Source: Eutreptiella sp. 'Long Island Sound 2002' (lineage: Eukaryota; Protista; Euglenida). Taken from it: a stretch of 64,000 nucleotides of DNA. The stretch lies in contig OZ038378.1 of assembly GCA_964036045.1 (NCBI GenBank), positions 188,108,001 through 188,172,000 of the forward strand, in the 5' to 3' direction. This document shows positions 63,901 to 64,000 of the stretch, one piece after another. Numbering within the stretch: the first letter of the stretch is position 1; each line of letters opens with the position of its first letter. The notes under the pieces are model-generated. The model made no database searches. It was given only the letters and a program-made list of their open reading frames with translations, and was not told the origin of the DNA. The position numbers and the translations under genes were made by a program.

Positions 63901-64000
63901 CTGGGGGCTCTTCAGGGGGGAGTATAGTCTAAAAGTAGCGCACAGCGCAGTGCAATGATTCCCCCTTGGTGTACAAAACGGACAGCAGCACACCGAGTCC

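Noticed and set aside
1-64000. rRNA, tRNA or snRNA genes; functional role for the many poly-G/C tracts
   Set aside because: No RNA gene recognisable by eye. The G/C runs are scattered without a consistent position and their lengths may be sequencing-dependent.

Overview
Eukaryotic, repeat-rich genomic DNA, inferred to come from a photosynthetic euglenid (tandem LHCII-derived pieces, VIPER/TATE-order YR retroelement). Most of the window is one minus-strand multi-exon WD40 gene that I identify as Gemin5. I reconstructed 12 phase-compatible GT-AG exons from ATG 48791 down to about 2666; the remaining 3' exons were not resolved. Intron 11 holds a 12,230-bp DNA transposon (4166-16395). It has 25-bp perfect TIRs backed by TAAGACG hairpin arrays, encodes a predicted spliced ~1093-aa CxC5/CxC6 + KDZ (Kyakuja-Dileera-Zisupton) transposase, and carries a small Cys-rich ORF and a 169-bp hairpin satellite. 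Intron 2 (14.9 kb) holds LINE RT fragments, a decayed tyrosine-recombinase retrotransposon (Ubl-gag, YR, RT, RNaseH) and, just upstream of it, an intronless ClpC-LHCII chimeric pseudogene. Other introns hold a hAT derivative and MITE-like elements. An unidentified divergent plus-strand multi-exon gene starts near 52.9 kb. All homology calls come from visual motif recognition; no database searches were run.
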